Part shown: positions 29,301 through 38,161 of the stretch, one piece after another
Numbering within the stretch: position 1 is the first letter of the stretch
Layout of the letters: each line of letters begins with the position of its first letter
Source: an uncultured Chloroflexia bacterium
GTDB lineage: Bacteria; Chloroflexota; Chloroflexia; Thermomicrobiales; UBA6265
DNA: 64,000 nucleotides
Direction: 5' to 3'
Assembly (NCBI GenBank): GCA_963750275.1
Contig: CAVVQC010000001.1
Coordinates: 75,127 to 139,126 of the forward strand
Made by a program: the position numbers and the translations under genes
The notes under the pieces: model-generated
Seen by the model: only the letters and a program-made list of their open reading frames with translations
Databases searched by the model: none
Told to the model about the DNA's origin: nothing

Positions 29301-29515
29301 GCACCGACCGCACTGGTGGTCAGATAACCATCGGTCACGTTACGCCAGTAGGTGCCGCCGTCGACCGTTTTCCAAACACCACCGGCGCATCCGCCAAAGT
29401 AGAACGTACTGTCGTCGTGATAACTCCCGGCCACGGTGACCACTCGGCCACCACGAAACGGGCCGATCGAACGCCAGCGCTGGATTCCTTCGATCTGTAT
29501 TGATTCGGCCATCAT
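26354..29515 (-). CDS. Large BNR/Asp-box repeat (sortilin/VPS10-like) beta-propeller protein, no obvious signal peptide
   Basis: 1053 aa with repeated S-x-D-x-G-x-T-W motifs (KTVDGGTYW, RSTDAGHSW, KSTDGGATW, QSKDSGETW, RSDNYGDTW, KSTDGGRTF, TTNEGQTW, TRDGGSNW, TTDHGESW, SFDDGTTW). Confidence 0.75.
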   Translation of the reverse strand: MMAESIQIEGIQRWRSIGPFRGGRVVTVAGSYHDDSTFYFGGCAGGVWKTVDGGTYWRNVTDGYLTTSAVGAIAVAPSDSNVIYAGTGETTIRIDVSHGDGVYRSTDAGHSWSHLGLSDSRFIGKIRVHPSDADIVWVAALGHAFGPNRERGVFKSTDGGATWKQTLFVSEKAGAVDLTLDANPRILYAGMWEAHRSFWMISSGGPDSGLWQSKDSGETWDEISERPGLPAGTWGKVGVSASPAQPGRVWALIEHRTEGGLYRSDNYGDTWEKVSDDQNLLSRAWYYTHITADPADPETVYVNNLSFWKSTDGGRTFTEIATPHGDNHDVWIDPTNNQRMIQANDGGANISYNGGRSFSTILNQPTAQFYHLCTDNRKPYTIYGTQQDNTSIAIPSRVGSPNITWSDCYVAGSGESGYIAIDPEDDDVLYVGAIGSSPGGGNSLQRYDRRRDQIRLITTWPELNTGLGADAQKYRFAWTYPIVFSPHDPDTLYIGGNIVFKTTNEGQTWEPISPDLSRADPETLKVSGGPVNLDAVGAETYATVYSLVESPRSKGTIWAGSDDGLVHLTRDGGSNWSDITPSDMLEWTMVTGIELSPFDDGKAYLCGTRYKTDDYRPYLWVTTDHGESWSRIDHGLPEAEFTRVIRADPEVPGLLYLGTELGLHVSFDDGTTWQSLQLNLPVSPVFEILVKDGDLIAGTHGRSIWILDDLTPLRELARDRTLAANRLIAPRYALRMLPGVDWSGAVQGSVNYYGGMGGGYEVERTAEGATNRVLLDSGENPPSGAVITYFLVDEPTEPITLTFSSSTGKSAVKTFSSRLPDDDPVAAELRIPAQKGWNRFVWNLSHADPTKIIGDDAAAKETMTGPFVVPGTYTATLTIGKTTLTADFDVVAPPESTADPADLAAQEELSLRISKKVDDASRAVNRMRDLRDQLDRWETRTKDASTTATLSTEAAALSAKVRKIEETLAVPGLRLGWGDSINAGPRLIARMINLMGVVQMGDYRPTDAAVEATEELEKLIDKQLATFEKLVKKDVTKFAKAIDHAGLSAIVVI

Positions 29516-30312
29516 TCTTCCCTTTTGTCACCTCGGCGATGAATTGGGGAAGGATAGCGGCTCTCCGGGTTCAATCCGACGCGGTCGGGGATGGCAACCG
29601 TCGCGTCGAGCCAGCGGGACATCATGGCAACCTCTTTCCGCTGGGCTTCGATAAGCGATTCCGCGTACGCGATGATCTCGGCGTGTTCCGCGTGAGCGGT
29701 CGCATCGTCGGCAATGGCTATCGAGGCTCCGTGGTGCGAGACCATGATCTCGAAGAACAGCCGATCGAAGTCACCCCCGGCCGCACAGAGTTTTACGATG
29801 GCCGACGTGTCATCTGGCTCCAGAGATGTGCCACCGGCATCTGCTTGCGACGGCAGATACGTTGGCTCTGCGCCGGGGTACCAGGATTCTCGCCAATGAC
29901 GGAGAAGCTGGATCTCGCCCGCTTGACTCTCGGCTATTCGGAGCGCCATCCGGAGGACATCGGAGTCCTGCGCTTGCTGCAGGGCGAGACTCGCCATCGC
30001 GATGGCGCCAGCATGATGCGCAATCATTTCATCGATAAAATGCAAATCGTACGGTACCGAATCAGTTGAATCCTGATTGAATTCGCCGGATGAGGCCGGC
30101 GTGGCCACAACGGTGGCTTCGCAAGAAGAGCCTGGCTGACCCGCAGACGCATGAGCGGTTAAGTTGAGCAGGGGTAGGGCCGTTGCTAGCGCCAGAACTA
30201 ACAGAACTCTACTTGTTGAAAATCGATTTCCCACAGTCACCGGTCCACTTCGCGTTTGCTGAGCCGATCTTACCAAGAGGATAAGGCGAGCCATCAAAAA
30301 CGCAATCGCCAA
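29512..30312 (-). CDS. DUF305-family (ferritin-like four-helix) secreted protein
   Basis: Two copies of the DUF305 pattern: DLHFIDEMIAHHAGAIAMA...AESQAGEIQLLRHW and FDRLFFEIMVSHHGASIAIA...IEAQRKEVAMMSRWL. An N-terminal hydrophobic signal is present. The stop overlaps the BNR gene ATG (ATGA). Confidence 0.75.
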   Translation of the reverse strand: MAIAFLMARLILLVRSAQQTRSGPVTVGNRFSTSRVLLVLALATALPLLNLTAHASAGQPGSSCEATVVATPASSGEFNQDSTDSVPYDLHFIDEMIAHHAGAIAMASLALQQAQDSDVLRMALRIAESQAGEIQLLRHWRESWYPGAEPTYLPSQADAGGTSLEPDDTSAIVKLCAAGGDFDRLFFEIMVSHHGASIAIADDATAHAEHAEIIAYAESLIEAQRKEVAMMSRWLDATVAIPDRVGLNPESRYPSPIHRRGDKREE

Positions 30313-30331
30313 ATATCACCGTTGCCACGTA

Positions 30332-31690
30332 TTAGATATTTAGGACTCGCTTGGCTATCGTGAAGTAAATGATTAACCCGGTGCCATCTACCAACGTCGT
30401 GATCATGGGGGCGGAAACCACCGCGGGGTCGATTTTGAGACGGTTAATGATCAACGGCAGAATCGCAGCGATTGCCGCCGACCATATGCATATAGCCAGA
30501 ATCGTCAATGCGATTACGTACCCGACATCCGTTCCCACATGAAGCATTTGTGATCGGCCAAAGGCGAGCACCGCCATCACGAGGCCCAGTATGATGCCGA
30601 CCACCAGCTCTTTGGCGAGCACCCAACGGACATCGCGAAGTTGAACTTCGCCAACCGCGATTGCGCGCACCAGCGTGGTGGTGACCTGGCTGCCGACGTT
30701 TCCGCCAGTGCCGATCAAGAGCGGAATGAAGAACGCCAATGCAACGACTTGCGCAAGTTCGTCTTCGAAGTGGCGCATCACGGTGCCGGTATACGCTTCT
30801 GCTGCAAAGAGGACCATCAACCAGAGGATGCGGCGTCGGATGAGCAACGGAATGGACGCAAAGCGATAGGGAACTTCCAGTGGCTGAGATCCGCCCAACC
30901 GCTCTATGTCTTCGGTGGCCTCTGCTTCCAGCACGTCGGCAACGTCGTCCTGGGTGATGATGCCGAGGAGACGATTCTGGTCATCGACCACCGGCAACGC
31001 GAGCAGATCCCGATCGACCAAGAGCTGGGCAGCGATTTCCCGATCGGCATTGGCGTACACCCGCAGAGGATTGGCGAGCATCAGATCGCGTACAGGCGTA
31101 TCGGGCCGGGTGAGCACAAGTCGATGCAAGGAGAGCACGCCTAACAGGTGTTCGTCGTCATCCACGACATACACGTAGTACATCGTCTCAGCTTCCTCAG
31201 AAACTCGTTGAAGCGCGGCAATCGCCTGAGACGCGCGCAGAGTTGGAGAGATCGCAACGAAGCCGGGCGTCATGATGCCGCCAGCTGAATCGGGAGGGAA
31301 GGTGAGGAGCTCCCGAATCTCGGCAGCATCAGCCGGTTCCATCTGGATCAGAATCTTTTCAGCCTGATCCTGTGGCAACTCGTCGATGACATCGGCGGCA
31401 TCGTCAGGCGCCATTGCTTCGAGCAGGTCGGCCGCTTGCGGATGTGAGAACCTCTGCAGAATGCGGGCCGCTTCGATCGGCTCGATTTCACTCAAGAGTT
31501 CCATGAGCTCGGCTTCAGGGAGAAGCGAAACAAGCGCTCGCAACTCAGAAGCTCCGAGCTGAGGAACGATCGATTCCCACCCAATCGACGTCGATCCGCG
31601 CGTAAGCGCGAGGACCCGGCTGGCGTTGCCTGACTTCAGCGCATCTTTCAATGCGGTTGTGAGCTCAACAGAGGTTCGTTTGTTATCCAT
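30332..31690 (-). CDS. mgtE: Magnesium transporter MgtE
   Basis: From ATG 31690 (MDNKRTSVELT...). It has the MgtE N-domain, tandem CBS (AGGIMTPGFVAISP...YVYVVDDDEHLLGVLSLHRL...LPVVDDQNRLLGIITQDDV), and the TM domain ending LIGTGGNVGSQ...DPAVVSAPMITTLVDGTGLIIYF. The track ORF to 32209 runs through tRNA-Lys. Confidence 0.93.
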   Translation of the reverse strand: MDNKRTSVELTTALKDALKSGNASRVLALTRGSTSIGWESIVPQLGASELRALVSLLPEAELMELLSEIEPIEAARILQRFSHPQAADLLEAMAPDDAADVIDELPQDQAEKILIQMEPADAAEIRELLTFPPDSAGGIMTPGFVAISPTLRASQAIAALQRVSEEAETMYYVYVVDDDEHLLGVLSLHRLVLTRPDTPVRDLMLANPLRVYANADREIAAQLLVDRDLLALPVVDDQNRLLGIITQDDVADVLEAEATEDIERLGGSQPLEVPYRFASIPLLIRRRILWLMVLFAAEAYTGTVMRHFEDELAQVVALAFFIPLLIGTGGNVGSQVTTTLVRAIAVGEVQLRDVRWVLAKELVVGIILGLVMAVLAFGRSQMLHVGTDVGYVIALTILAICIWSAAIAAILPLIINRLKIDPAVVSAPMITTLVDGTGLIIYFTIAKRVLNI

Positions 31691-31942
31691 GGTCGACCTT
31701 CGGAGCGGATAGCTCGCGGAAAAGATTGTGAGTGGAGGCTGAAGGCACGCTCGGCGCGGATGGTACGCCTTTCGGAAGAAGAGCAGCGGCGCGCAACCCC
31801 GAAGAGCATTCGCAGGTAGGTGGATCACCAGCGATCGAAGTCGCAGAAGCCACAAACGACACCAATTGAAGTGCCGTTCTGCGTGAAACGATGCTATCTG
31901 AGGGAGATCGGTGAACCAGGAATGGAGGTTTGATGCAGGAAG

Positions 31943-32014
31943 TGGGCCCCCAGGGATTCGAACCCTGAACCTGCGGATTAAGAGTCCGTTGCTCTGCCGT
32001 TGAGCTAGAGGCCC
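31943..32014 (-). tRNA. tRNA-Lys (anticodon CUU)
   Basis: The reverse complement reads GGGCCTC-TA-GCTC-AACGGCA-GAGC-A-ACGGA-CTCTTAA-TCCGC-AGGTT-CAGGG-TTCGAAT-CCCTG-GGGGCCC-A. CCA is not encoded. Confidence 0.88.
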
Positions 32015-32378
32015 GAACGAATTTCGAGCCGATGGCACCGAAACGCGACCGGCGAAGTATACCCAATCGATCGTTCGGTGGCTAGCGCATTTGACGTGGC
32101 GTGGAGGTGGCCGTGCGTGAATGTGCCGGAAGTGGGTTCGACCGGCGACGCGGAGCGTTTTAGGACGACGGACAAGTTTGGCAGGAATCTCTAACCAAGA
32201 CGAGGTCAACGGGCGCGAGACATTCTCAGCTTCGAAACTATGATCACTATCTATGATGTCAAAGAGGGACTAACTAACGATTTGCTTCAGCCCTTACTTG
32301 TTACGCGTGGTAGCTAACTTGTGATGCGTCAATACTTAGAATGGTTCCAGCTTAGATCCTGGTTACTGCCTGGGAGCG

Positions 32379-32413
32379 CAAAAAAGGAAGGCCGGAGCGC
32401 GCTCCGGCCTTCC
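32379..32413 (-). terminator. Intrinsic terminator of the 81-aa gene
   Basis: On the minus strand, GGAAGGCCGGAGC-GC-GCTCCGGCCTTCC is followed by TTTTTT. Confidence 0.85.
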
Positions 32414-32453
32414 TTCTGGTGTTGTGCTGAGGTGCTTGATAGTAGCTCAATAA

Positions 32454-32699
32454 TTACGCCAGCTTGACGTACAGCACACCATCGACATCCCACTGCGAGA
32501 CCTTGATTTTGTTATTGGTCGCAACTCGGGAGATCGACGACTTGAGACCGCGGACACTCTGACCTTCGCCCGGCTCGATACGCGCAACCTTACCCTTGGT
32601 GAGCTGATTGAGCATCGCAAGTGATTCCTGGGCCGCACGCGTCATTGCCTTCGGTGCTGCTGGAGCTTCGGACTCATTGATGAATTGAACGGTAGCCAT
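32454..32699 (-). CDS. Small hypothetical protein (81 aa)
   Basis: Good RBS (AGGAG, 8-nt spacing), a strong terminator, and lower GC than its surroundings. The sequence is MATVQFINESEAPAAPKAMTRAAQESLAMLNQLTKGKVARIEPGEGQSVRGLKSSISRVATNNKIKVSQWDVDGVLYVKLA. I recognise no family. Confidence 0.6.
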   Translation of the reverse strand: MATVQFINESEAPAAPKAMTRAAQESLAMLNQLTKGKVARIEPGEGQSVRGLKSSISRVATNNKIKVSQWDVDGVLYVKLA

Positions 32700-32847
32700 T
32701 GTTAGTTGCTCCTGTTAGTTTGTCACAGACGATAAGTATCACTGAAAGCGGACCAATAATGGCACAACCATCGATGAATTGCGAAATAGGTTACGTCGGG
32801 GATGTTCGCGACCTTGCGTACGTAAAGCAGTGGCGCGTGTGGAGAAG

Positions 32848-34311
32848 CTATAAGAACGGTAAGTTCGGTCGCATCGTGTGCCAGGATTGCGATTGCTCAT
32901 AGGCATGAGCAACTCCCAGCAATGTGGCTTCGTCGAACGCTTGCCCCAGGAATTGCAATCCGACCGGCATTTCGTTGGAAAAACCACATGGTAGGGAGAT
33001 CCCTGGAATCCCAGCCATGTTGGCTGGAATCGTGAAGATGTCCGCAAGATACATTTGATAGGGATCTTCCATACGGTCGCCGATTCGAAACGCAGTTGTG
33101 GGAGACGTCGGGGCGACGATGACGTCGACTTGCTCGAAGGCGCGATCGAAATCTTGCTTGATGAGCGTGCGAACCTTTTGCGCTTTCACGTAATAGGCGT
33201 CGTAATACCCGGAGCTCAGGGCGTAGGTGCCGAGCATGATGCGCCGTTTAACTTCGCTTCCAAATCCTTGGCCCCGGGTTTGCTCGTACATTTCCTTGAT
33301 GGTAGGGGCATCCACCCTGTTTCCGAAGCGAACTCCATCAAAGCGAGCCAGATTCGCGCTGGCCTCGGCCGGAGCGGTGATGTAATAGGTGGAAAGCGCG
33401 TACTTCGTGTGTGGCAGCGAGACCGGAACCAACTCGGCTCCCAACGCTTGCAGCTCTTGAATCGCCGCTGCGACTGCAGTCTCAACGCCGGACTCCATAC
33501 CCGTCACTGAATATTCTTCGGCAACACCAATCCGCACACCCTTGAGATCGGTTCGCAGCGCGTTGCGGTAGGAGGGTACCGGAGATGGCGAACTCGTGGA
33601 ATCTTGCGGATCGTGTCCAGCGATTGCTTCCAGCACGATGGCTGCGTCCTCGACACTCCGGGTAAATGGGCCAATCTGGTCGAGACTGCTTGCAAATGCG
33701 ATCAGTCCGAAGCGAGATACCCGTCCGTAGGTGGGTTTCAGTCCGACGATGCCGCAAAAACCGGCCGGCTGTCGGATCGATCCGCCAGTGTCCGATCCAA
33801 GACCGAAGATGGCCTCTCCTGCGGTGACTGCTGCCGCAGGCCCACCGGACGATCCGCCAGGCACCCGCTCGACATCCCAAGGATTGTGCGTCGGGAAGAA
33901 GGATGAGTTTTCGGTGGAGGACCCCATGGCAAACTCGTCGGTATTGCCCTTCCCAATGAAGGTCGAGCCAGCCTCTCGGAGTTTACGGACGACAGTCGCG
34001 TCGTAGGGAGACCGATATCCCTTGAGGATTTGCGAACCCGCTGTGGTGTGGGAATCGACCGTCACCAACACGTCTTTGATGGACGAGGGGATACCGGTCA
34101 GCGGTCCCACGACTCCAGAGGCAATGGCAGCATCGGCAGCCTGAGCCTGCGATCGAGCGACCTCGGGGGTCAGCTCGATGTGGCAGTGCAAGAGGGGTTC
34201 CAGCGCCTCTGAGCGGGCGAGATGGGCGTCGGTCAACTCGAGTGCCGAGACCTGGCGGCTGTCGAGCAGCGAGCGGGCTTCGCCAATCGAGAGATTTGTC
34301 AGTTCGCTCAT
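32848..34311 (-). CDS. gatA: Glutamyl-tRNA(Gln)/Aspartyl-tRNA(Asn) amidotransferase subunit A
   Basis: From ATG 34311 (MSELTNLSIGEARSLL...). The amidase signature is GKGNTDEFAMGSSTENS...GGSSGGPAAAV...LGSDTGGSIRQPA. The track ORF extension to 34701 is spurious. Confidence 0.95.
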   Translation of the reverse strand: MSELTNLSIGEARSLLDSRQVSALELTDAHLARSEALEPLLHCHIELTPEVARSQAQAADAAIASGVVGPLTGIPSSIKDVLVTVDSHTTAGSQILKGYRSPYDATVVRKLREAGSTFIGKGNTDEFAMGSSTENSSFFPTHNPWDVERVPGGSSGGPAAAVTAGEAIFGLGSDTGGSIRQPAGFCGIVGLKPTYGRVSRFGLIAFASSLDQIGPFTRSVEDAAIVLEAIAGHDPQDSTSSPSPVPSYRNALRTDLKGVRIGVAEEYSVTGMESGVETAVAAAIQELQALGAELVPVSLPHTKYALSTYYITAPAEASANLARFDGVRFGNRVDAPTIKEMYEQTRGQGFGSEVKRRIMLGTYALSSGYYDAYYVKAQKVRTLIKQDFDRAFEQVDVIVAPTSPTTAFRIGDRMEDPYQMYLADIFTIPANMAGIPGISLPCGFSNEMPVGLQFLGQAFDEATLLGVAHAYEQSQSWHTMRPNLPFL

Positions 34312-34613
34312 GACGCTTCGCTTTCCCCGCCCAACGGAGTACGCACGACGAAACAGTCGTCGGCTTCGCGGGGCGCATTGCGAAACACCTCTTCCGCCTC
34401 GAACGACGGTCGAACAACATCGGCCCGCCAAACATTTGTCAATTGCGCGACGGACGCCGTTGGGGAGATAGCGTCGGTGTCGAGCGCAGAGAGCTCGCCA
34501 ATGTGCTCGAGAATGATCGAGAGTTGTTCGCGCATGCGCTCGCGTTCGGCATCGGTGAGGCCGAGGCGCGCGAGCGTTGCGACGTGATCGACGTCGGCAA
34601 GCGTTAGTGCCAT
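34308..34613 (-). CDS. gatC: Glutamyl-tRNA(Gln) amidotransferase subunit C
   Basis: From ATG 34613: MALTLADVDHVATLARLGLTDAERERMREQLSIILEHIGELSALDTD.... There is an ATGA overlap with gatA. Confidence 0.9.
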   Translation of the reverse strand: MALTLADVDHVATLARLGLTDAERERMREQLSIILEHIGELSALDTDAISPTASVAQLTNVWRADVVRPSFEAEEVFRNAPREADDCFVVRTPLGGESEAS

Positions 34614-34826
34614 GGAAAAGATCCCCTCTGCAACGACAGAACGGCGCCATTGGGCGCCGCCGAAAGAGTCTAGCACAGCGGTATCCATGGTCCCCCTCCA
34701 CATCACCGGTGCCATACGAGGTTTTCGCTGGCGAGTTTTCGTCGTTTCGCTCGTCCAGACCTTGCGCTAGACTGAGGTGAATCGTCAGTTACGGGATCGC
34801 TCCATGGGAAGTCAGTCTGGGTTGAT

Positions 34827-36191
34827 ATGGAACACGCTGTTCGCGTGACGATCCCGTCGAAGACGCGTTTCTCGCGTCGCGCTTTGTTGGCATCTACGGT
34901 GCTGGCGACGCTGTCGTTGGCCGCTTGCGGCGACGAGTCCAGCACTCGGCAATTCGCCGGTGGGCCGCTGACCGTCAGTCCCGACGACACGCCCGATGCA
35001 GCAGGATTGGACGTCCATACTGGTTCCCCGACTGCTCAACCGACCCAGATGCCGGTGGCGGAGCTCCTGGCTCCGCGCGGATCGTCACGTTATTCAGTGA
35101 TCGCTCAGCCAAATCGGCTTCTGATTGTCGATATTAAATCTGGGGCGGGAGAGGTCATTTGGTCAGATCCTGACCGAACGATCTGGGCGATCGCCTCTAC
35201 GCCGACGGGCGAACAAATTGCAGTGTTGACCGCGCCGTCATCGAGGGAGACCGGTTGGTCTGTTGATTTTCTGGATTTCGAAAGTACGTCACTCGGTCAG
35301 GTCGAGTTGGGCTCGCGACGCGGAACGCCCAGCCATCAGCCCGATGCTGTGGTCGGTGGTCGCGGAGGTATTGCCTGGATTGCCGGGTCCGCAAGCGTCG
35401 CGGTTGCGTTGCCATCTGGAGGACTGCAGCAGGTTTTCATTGATGGATCGCAGGTCAAGCTCCTGTCTGCATCGGCTGCGAAGCGTCCTGCGGCAGTCGC
35501 TGTAACCAGCGACGCCGGAACGATTGCATTCGTGGACCAACCTTCTGGCTCAGAGGGGAGCGGAATCTTTGCTGGTTCGATGAAGGCGAAGCCCATCGAT
35601 CCAATCGTGATCCTTCCTGCCGATCGATCGGGCAATCGCTATGCGCACGATCTGGCATGGATCGATGCCGGCGGCCGAGTCGCGACGGTGATCGAGCGGG
35701 AGGAGCTTGGGACCCCGCAGGGTGACCTGTTCTATATCGATACCGCTACCGGGAAACCGACGCTTGCCTGGACTTCCCCTTCGGGTCGTGAGGTCTGGAG
35801 CGTGGCTTCGTTCGCAGTCGCCGATGATGGAGCGGTGGTGACGTTCCTGACCAATGCGAACAATCCGGCGACGCAAAAACCGAGCTCGGTTTGGTTGATG
35901 CAAATCGACGGGAGCGCTTTGGAACGGTTCGAGCTCCCCGTCGCGCTGCAAGCAAGCCGATTGGTGTTCTCTCCCGAGGGAGTCGCGGTTTCTGGATTCG
36001 TGCGCGCGGAAGAGGGAGCGGTCGGCCAGGGAGCGGTTTATCTCGTTACGCCGACTGGCGAAGTCATCGAACGGTACCTGGAAATGCGTGAGGCGACGCC
36101 AGTCGCGTCACCGATCGCGTCGCCCCAGGCGAGTCCTGCGGCCTCGCCAGAAGCGAGCCCGTCGCCCCGGGCGGTCACGTTCGCGGATTGA
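34827..36191 (+). CDS. Hypothetical Tat-signal lipoprotein
   Basis: N-terminus TRFSRRALLASTVLATLSLAAC combines a twin-arginine with the lipobox L-A-A-C. The body is beta-rich and repetitive, and the C-terminal tail is Pro/Ala/Ser-rich (ASPIASPQASPAASPEASPSP). Confidence 0.65.
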   Translation: MEHAVRVTIPSKTRFSRRALLASTVLATLSLAACGDESSTRQFAGGPLTVSPDDTPDAAGLDVHTGSPTAQPTQMPVAELLAPRGSSRYSVIAQPNRLLIVDIKSGAGEVIWSDPDRTIWAIASTPTGEQIAVLTAPSSRETGWSVDFLDFESTSLGQVELGSRRGTPSHQPDAVVGGRGGIAWIAGSASVAVALPSGGLQQVFIDGSQVKLLSASAAKRPAAVAVTSDAGTIAFVDQPSGSEGSGIFAGSMKAKPIDPIVILPADRSGNRYAHDLAWIDAGGRVATVIEREELGTPQGDLFYIDTATGKPTLAWTSPSGREVWSVASFAVADDGAVVTFLTNANNPATQKPSSVWLMQIDGSALERFELPVALQASRLVFSPEGVAVSGFVRAEEGAVGQGAVYLVTPTGEVIERYLEMREATPVASPIASPQASPAASPEASPSPRAVTFAD

Positions 36192-38112
36192 TCTCTTCGG
36201 CATCGAAGAGTTTTTTCGCTGCCTCGATCAGGGTTTGCTCATCGTCAGAACGCACAGGCGTCTGAGCAGGAGCAGGTTCAGGGACGCCGATCGATCGGTC
36301 GGCCGCGATTCCCGATTCTCGTGGCGCCGATTGGGAGGGACTAGTCCCATTTGCTCCCCGGATTTCGGTGCTAATCGAGACCGGTTGATTCACCAGACGG
36401 CCGATCACACTTTCGACCAGCTCGCGCGATGAATCCTCATTCATTTTTTCCCAATGGAACTTATAGCTGGTCACCAACGTGATCGAGGCGCCGTTTACAC
36501 TCGCTGGATCGCAACTGGAAAGCAACGCCTCGATTCGTCGATCGCGTGCCTTGATGTCGAGTCGGATTTTCGGCCAGAGGTCGTGCAGCAAATCGACGGT
36601 GATGGGATTTCCTGCAACCGCAAAGTCCGGCGAAGTGGCGGACGCCGCGTTCTGCGGGGATGGATCGGGAACCTTTCGATCCTCGGCTGGCTGGTCGACC
36701 TGCGGCGCAGGTGCAGGTGTGGGTGGCTTCGTTGGATCCGAAGATTGGGACAACTCGGGCCGATTCGGCCGTTCTGGAGCAACCGGCTCATGTCGCCGTG
36801 GAGGAGCCGCAGCAGCGTCGTTTCGGCTTTCAGTTATGCGTACGGGTTCTCGATTCGAAATGGGAAGCACATTGGAACCGCTTGCTCGGTCCGAATCCAG
36901 GGTTGCTTGGACGAAAGCAATTTCGAGCGGAAGCTGAGGCAATGAGGCGTGACGAATGCGATAGTCGACTTCACTGAACCTGGCCGAATGGCGTGCGATC
37001 TCTGCGAGCGAGAAACGCTCCGCAAGCTGATTTACATCGGCATCGAGCCCCGGAACACTTGCCGCGACCTGGTACATGACGGAGCGCAACAGCGCCACTA
37101 ATTGGCGATTGAGCTGGCGGGGATCCTCACCTGCTTCGAATGCCTCGTTGATGAGCTGGAGACCGCGACCCGAATCGCTTTCAGCCAACGCGGCGGCAAT
37201 CTGAATCACCCGCTCGCTGCGAGCAATGCCAAGGAGATTGCGAACGTCGTCTGGCTCGATTGTGCGGCTTTCGTCACCTTCCTGGTTCCGATATGACGCC
37301 AGTTGGTCGAGCAAGCCAAGGGCGTCTCGCATGCTTCCACCCGCGTGCTCACCAATGACCGCCAAGGCCTCGCGGCTGACAGGAACGCCTTCGGCTTCCG
37401 CGACACGGCCCAGATGATCCATGATCGTCTCACGTGGGAATCGCTTGAAATCAAACCGTTGACAGCGAGAGACAATCGTTGGCAGTAGCTGTTCAGGATC
37501 GGTGGTCGCCAGAATGAACTTCGTATGCGCGGGGGGCTCTTCCAAGGTTTTGAGAAACGCATTCGCGGCAGCCCCGGTGATCTGATGCGCTTCGTCGACG
37601 ATGTAAAATTTGGTCTTCAGAAAGGTTGGCGCGAACCGCACCCGTTCTCGCAGCTCACGGATGTCGTCGATACCACGGTTGCTGGCGGCATCGATCTCGA
37701 TGACGTCGGTGGTCGAGCCGTTGTTGATCGCATTACAAGCGGCGCAATGGTTGCAGGGACGCGCGTCCGGATCCGGATCGAGACAGTTGACCGCTTTCGC
37801 AAGCAGGCGAGCGGTAGTGGTCTTGCCGGTGCCGCGCGGGCCGGTGAACAGGTAGGCATGCGCCACCCGATCAAGCCGAATTGCATTTTTCAGGGTGCGG
37901 ACGATTGCTTCCTGACCTACCAGATCGACCGCATCGAAGGTCTGCGGGCGGTATTTGCGGTAGAGGGACTGGGTCGCGCCGAAGGACGAGCTCGCCGCAT
38001 TTCCGCCAGGTTGGCTGGCAGGAACTTCGGGAAAGAGGGAAGATGCGGACACGAGGAACTGACTCCAGTCGCTGGGCGTGGTCGGACGATCGGCGCGAGG
38101 CGTAGGTGCCAA
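36175..38112 (-). CDS. dnaX: DNA polymerase III subunits gamma/tau
   Basis: LYRKYRPQTFDAVDLVGQEAIVRTLKNAI...AYLFTGPRGTGKTTTARLLAKAVNC...C..C..C, then FYIVDEAHQIT. About 50 residues precede the conserved start, so the true start may be downstream of 38112. Confidence 0.93.
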   Translation of the reverse strand: MAPTPRADRPTTPSDWSQFLVSASSLFPEVPASQPGGNAASSSFGATQSLYRKYRPQTFDAVDLVGQEAIVRTLKNAIRLDRVAHAYLFTGPRGTGKTTTARLLAKAVNCLDPDPDARPCNHCAACNAINNGSTTDVIEIDAASNRGIDDIRELRERVRFAPTFLKTKFYIVDEAHQITGAAANAFLKTLEEPPAHTKFILATTDPEQLLPTIVSRCQRFDFKRFPRETIMDHLGRVAEAEGVPVSREALAVIGEHAGGSMRDALGLLDQLASYRNQEGDESRTIEPDDVRNLLGIARSERVIQIAAALAESDSGRGLQLINEAFEAGEDPRQLNRQLVALLRSVMYQVAASVPGLDADVNQLAERFSLAEIARHSARFSEVDYRIRHASLPQLPLEIAFVQATLDSDRASGSNVLPISNREPVRITESRNDAAAAPPRRHEPVAPERPNRPELSQSSDPTKPPTPAPAPQVDQPAEDRKVPDPSPQNAASATSPDFAVAGNPITVDLLHDLWPKIRLDIKARDRRIEALLSSCDPASVNGASITLVTSYKFHWEKMNEDSSRELVESVIGRLVNQPVSISTEIRGANGTSPSQSAPRESGIAADRSIGVPEPAPAQTPVRSDDEQTLIEAAKKLFDAEEINPRT

Positions 38113-38161
38113 TGTAGCACGACTCTGACCAACGGTCAGAACCTAAACCGGAGCCGAGAGA

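Noticed and set aside
31691-31942. Possible M-box (Mg2+) riboswitch in the 252-nt leader between tRNA-Lys and mgtE.
   Set aside because: I could not find the conserved M-box cores (for example GTTAGGTGAGGC or the CTAAAACTC-type elements as I recall them) on the minus strand. This needs cmscan to be certain.
31691-32209. Upstream extension of the mgtE ORF (625 aa), and similar extensions of the ANTAR regulator (from 19632) and secE (from 15815).
   Set aside because: The extensions run through tRNA-Lys, tRNA-Pro and tRNA-Trp respectively. Internal ATGs with conserved N-termini give normal-length proteins.
37960-38161. SRP RNA (ffs), often found just upstream of dnaX.
   Set aside because: No domain IV motif (AGGTCCGGAAGGAAGCAGCC-like) is present on either strand. 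The space is largely taken by the dnaX 5' region and the rsmI promoter.
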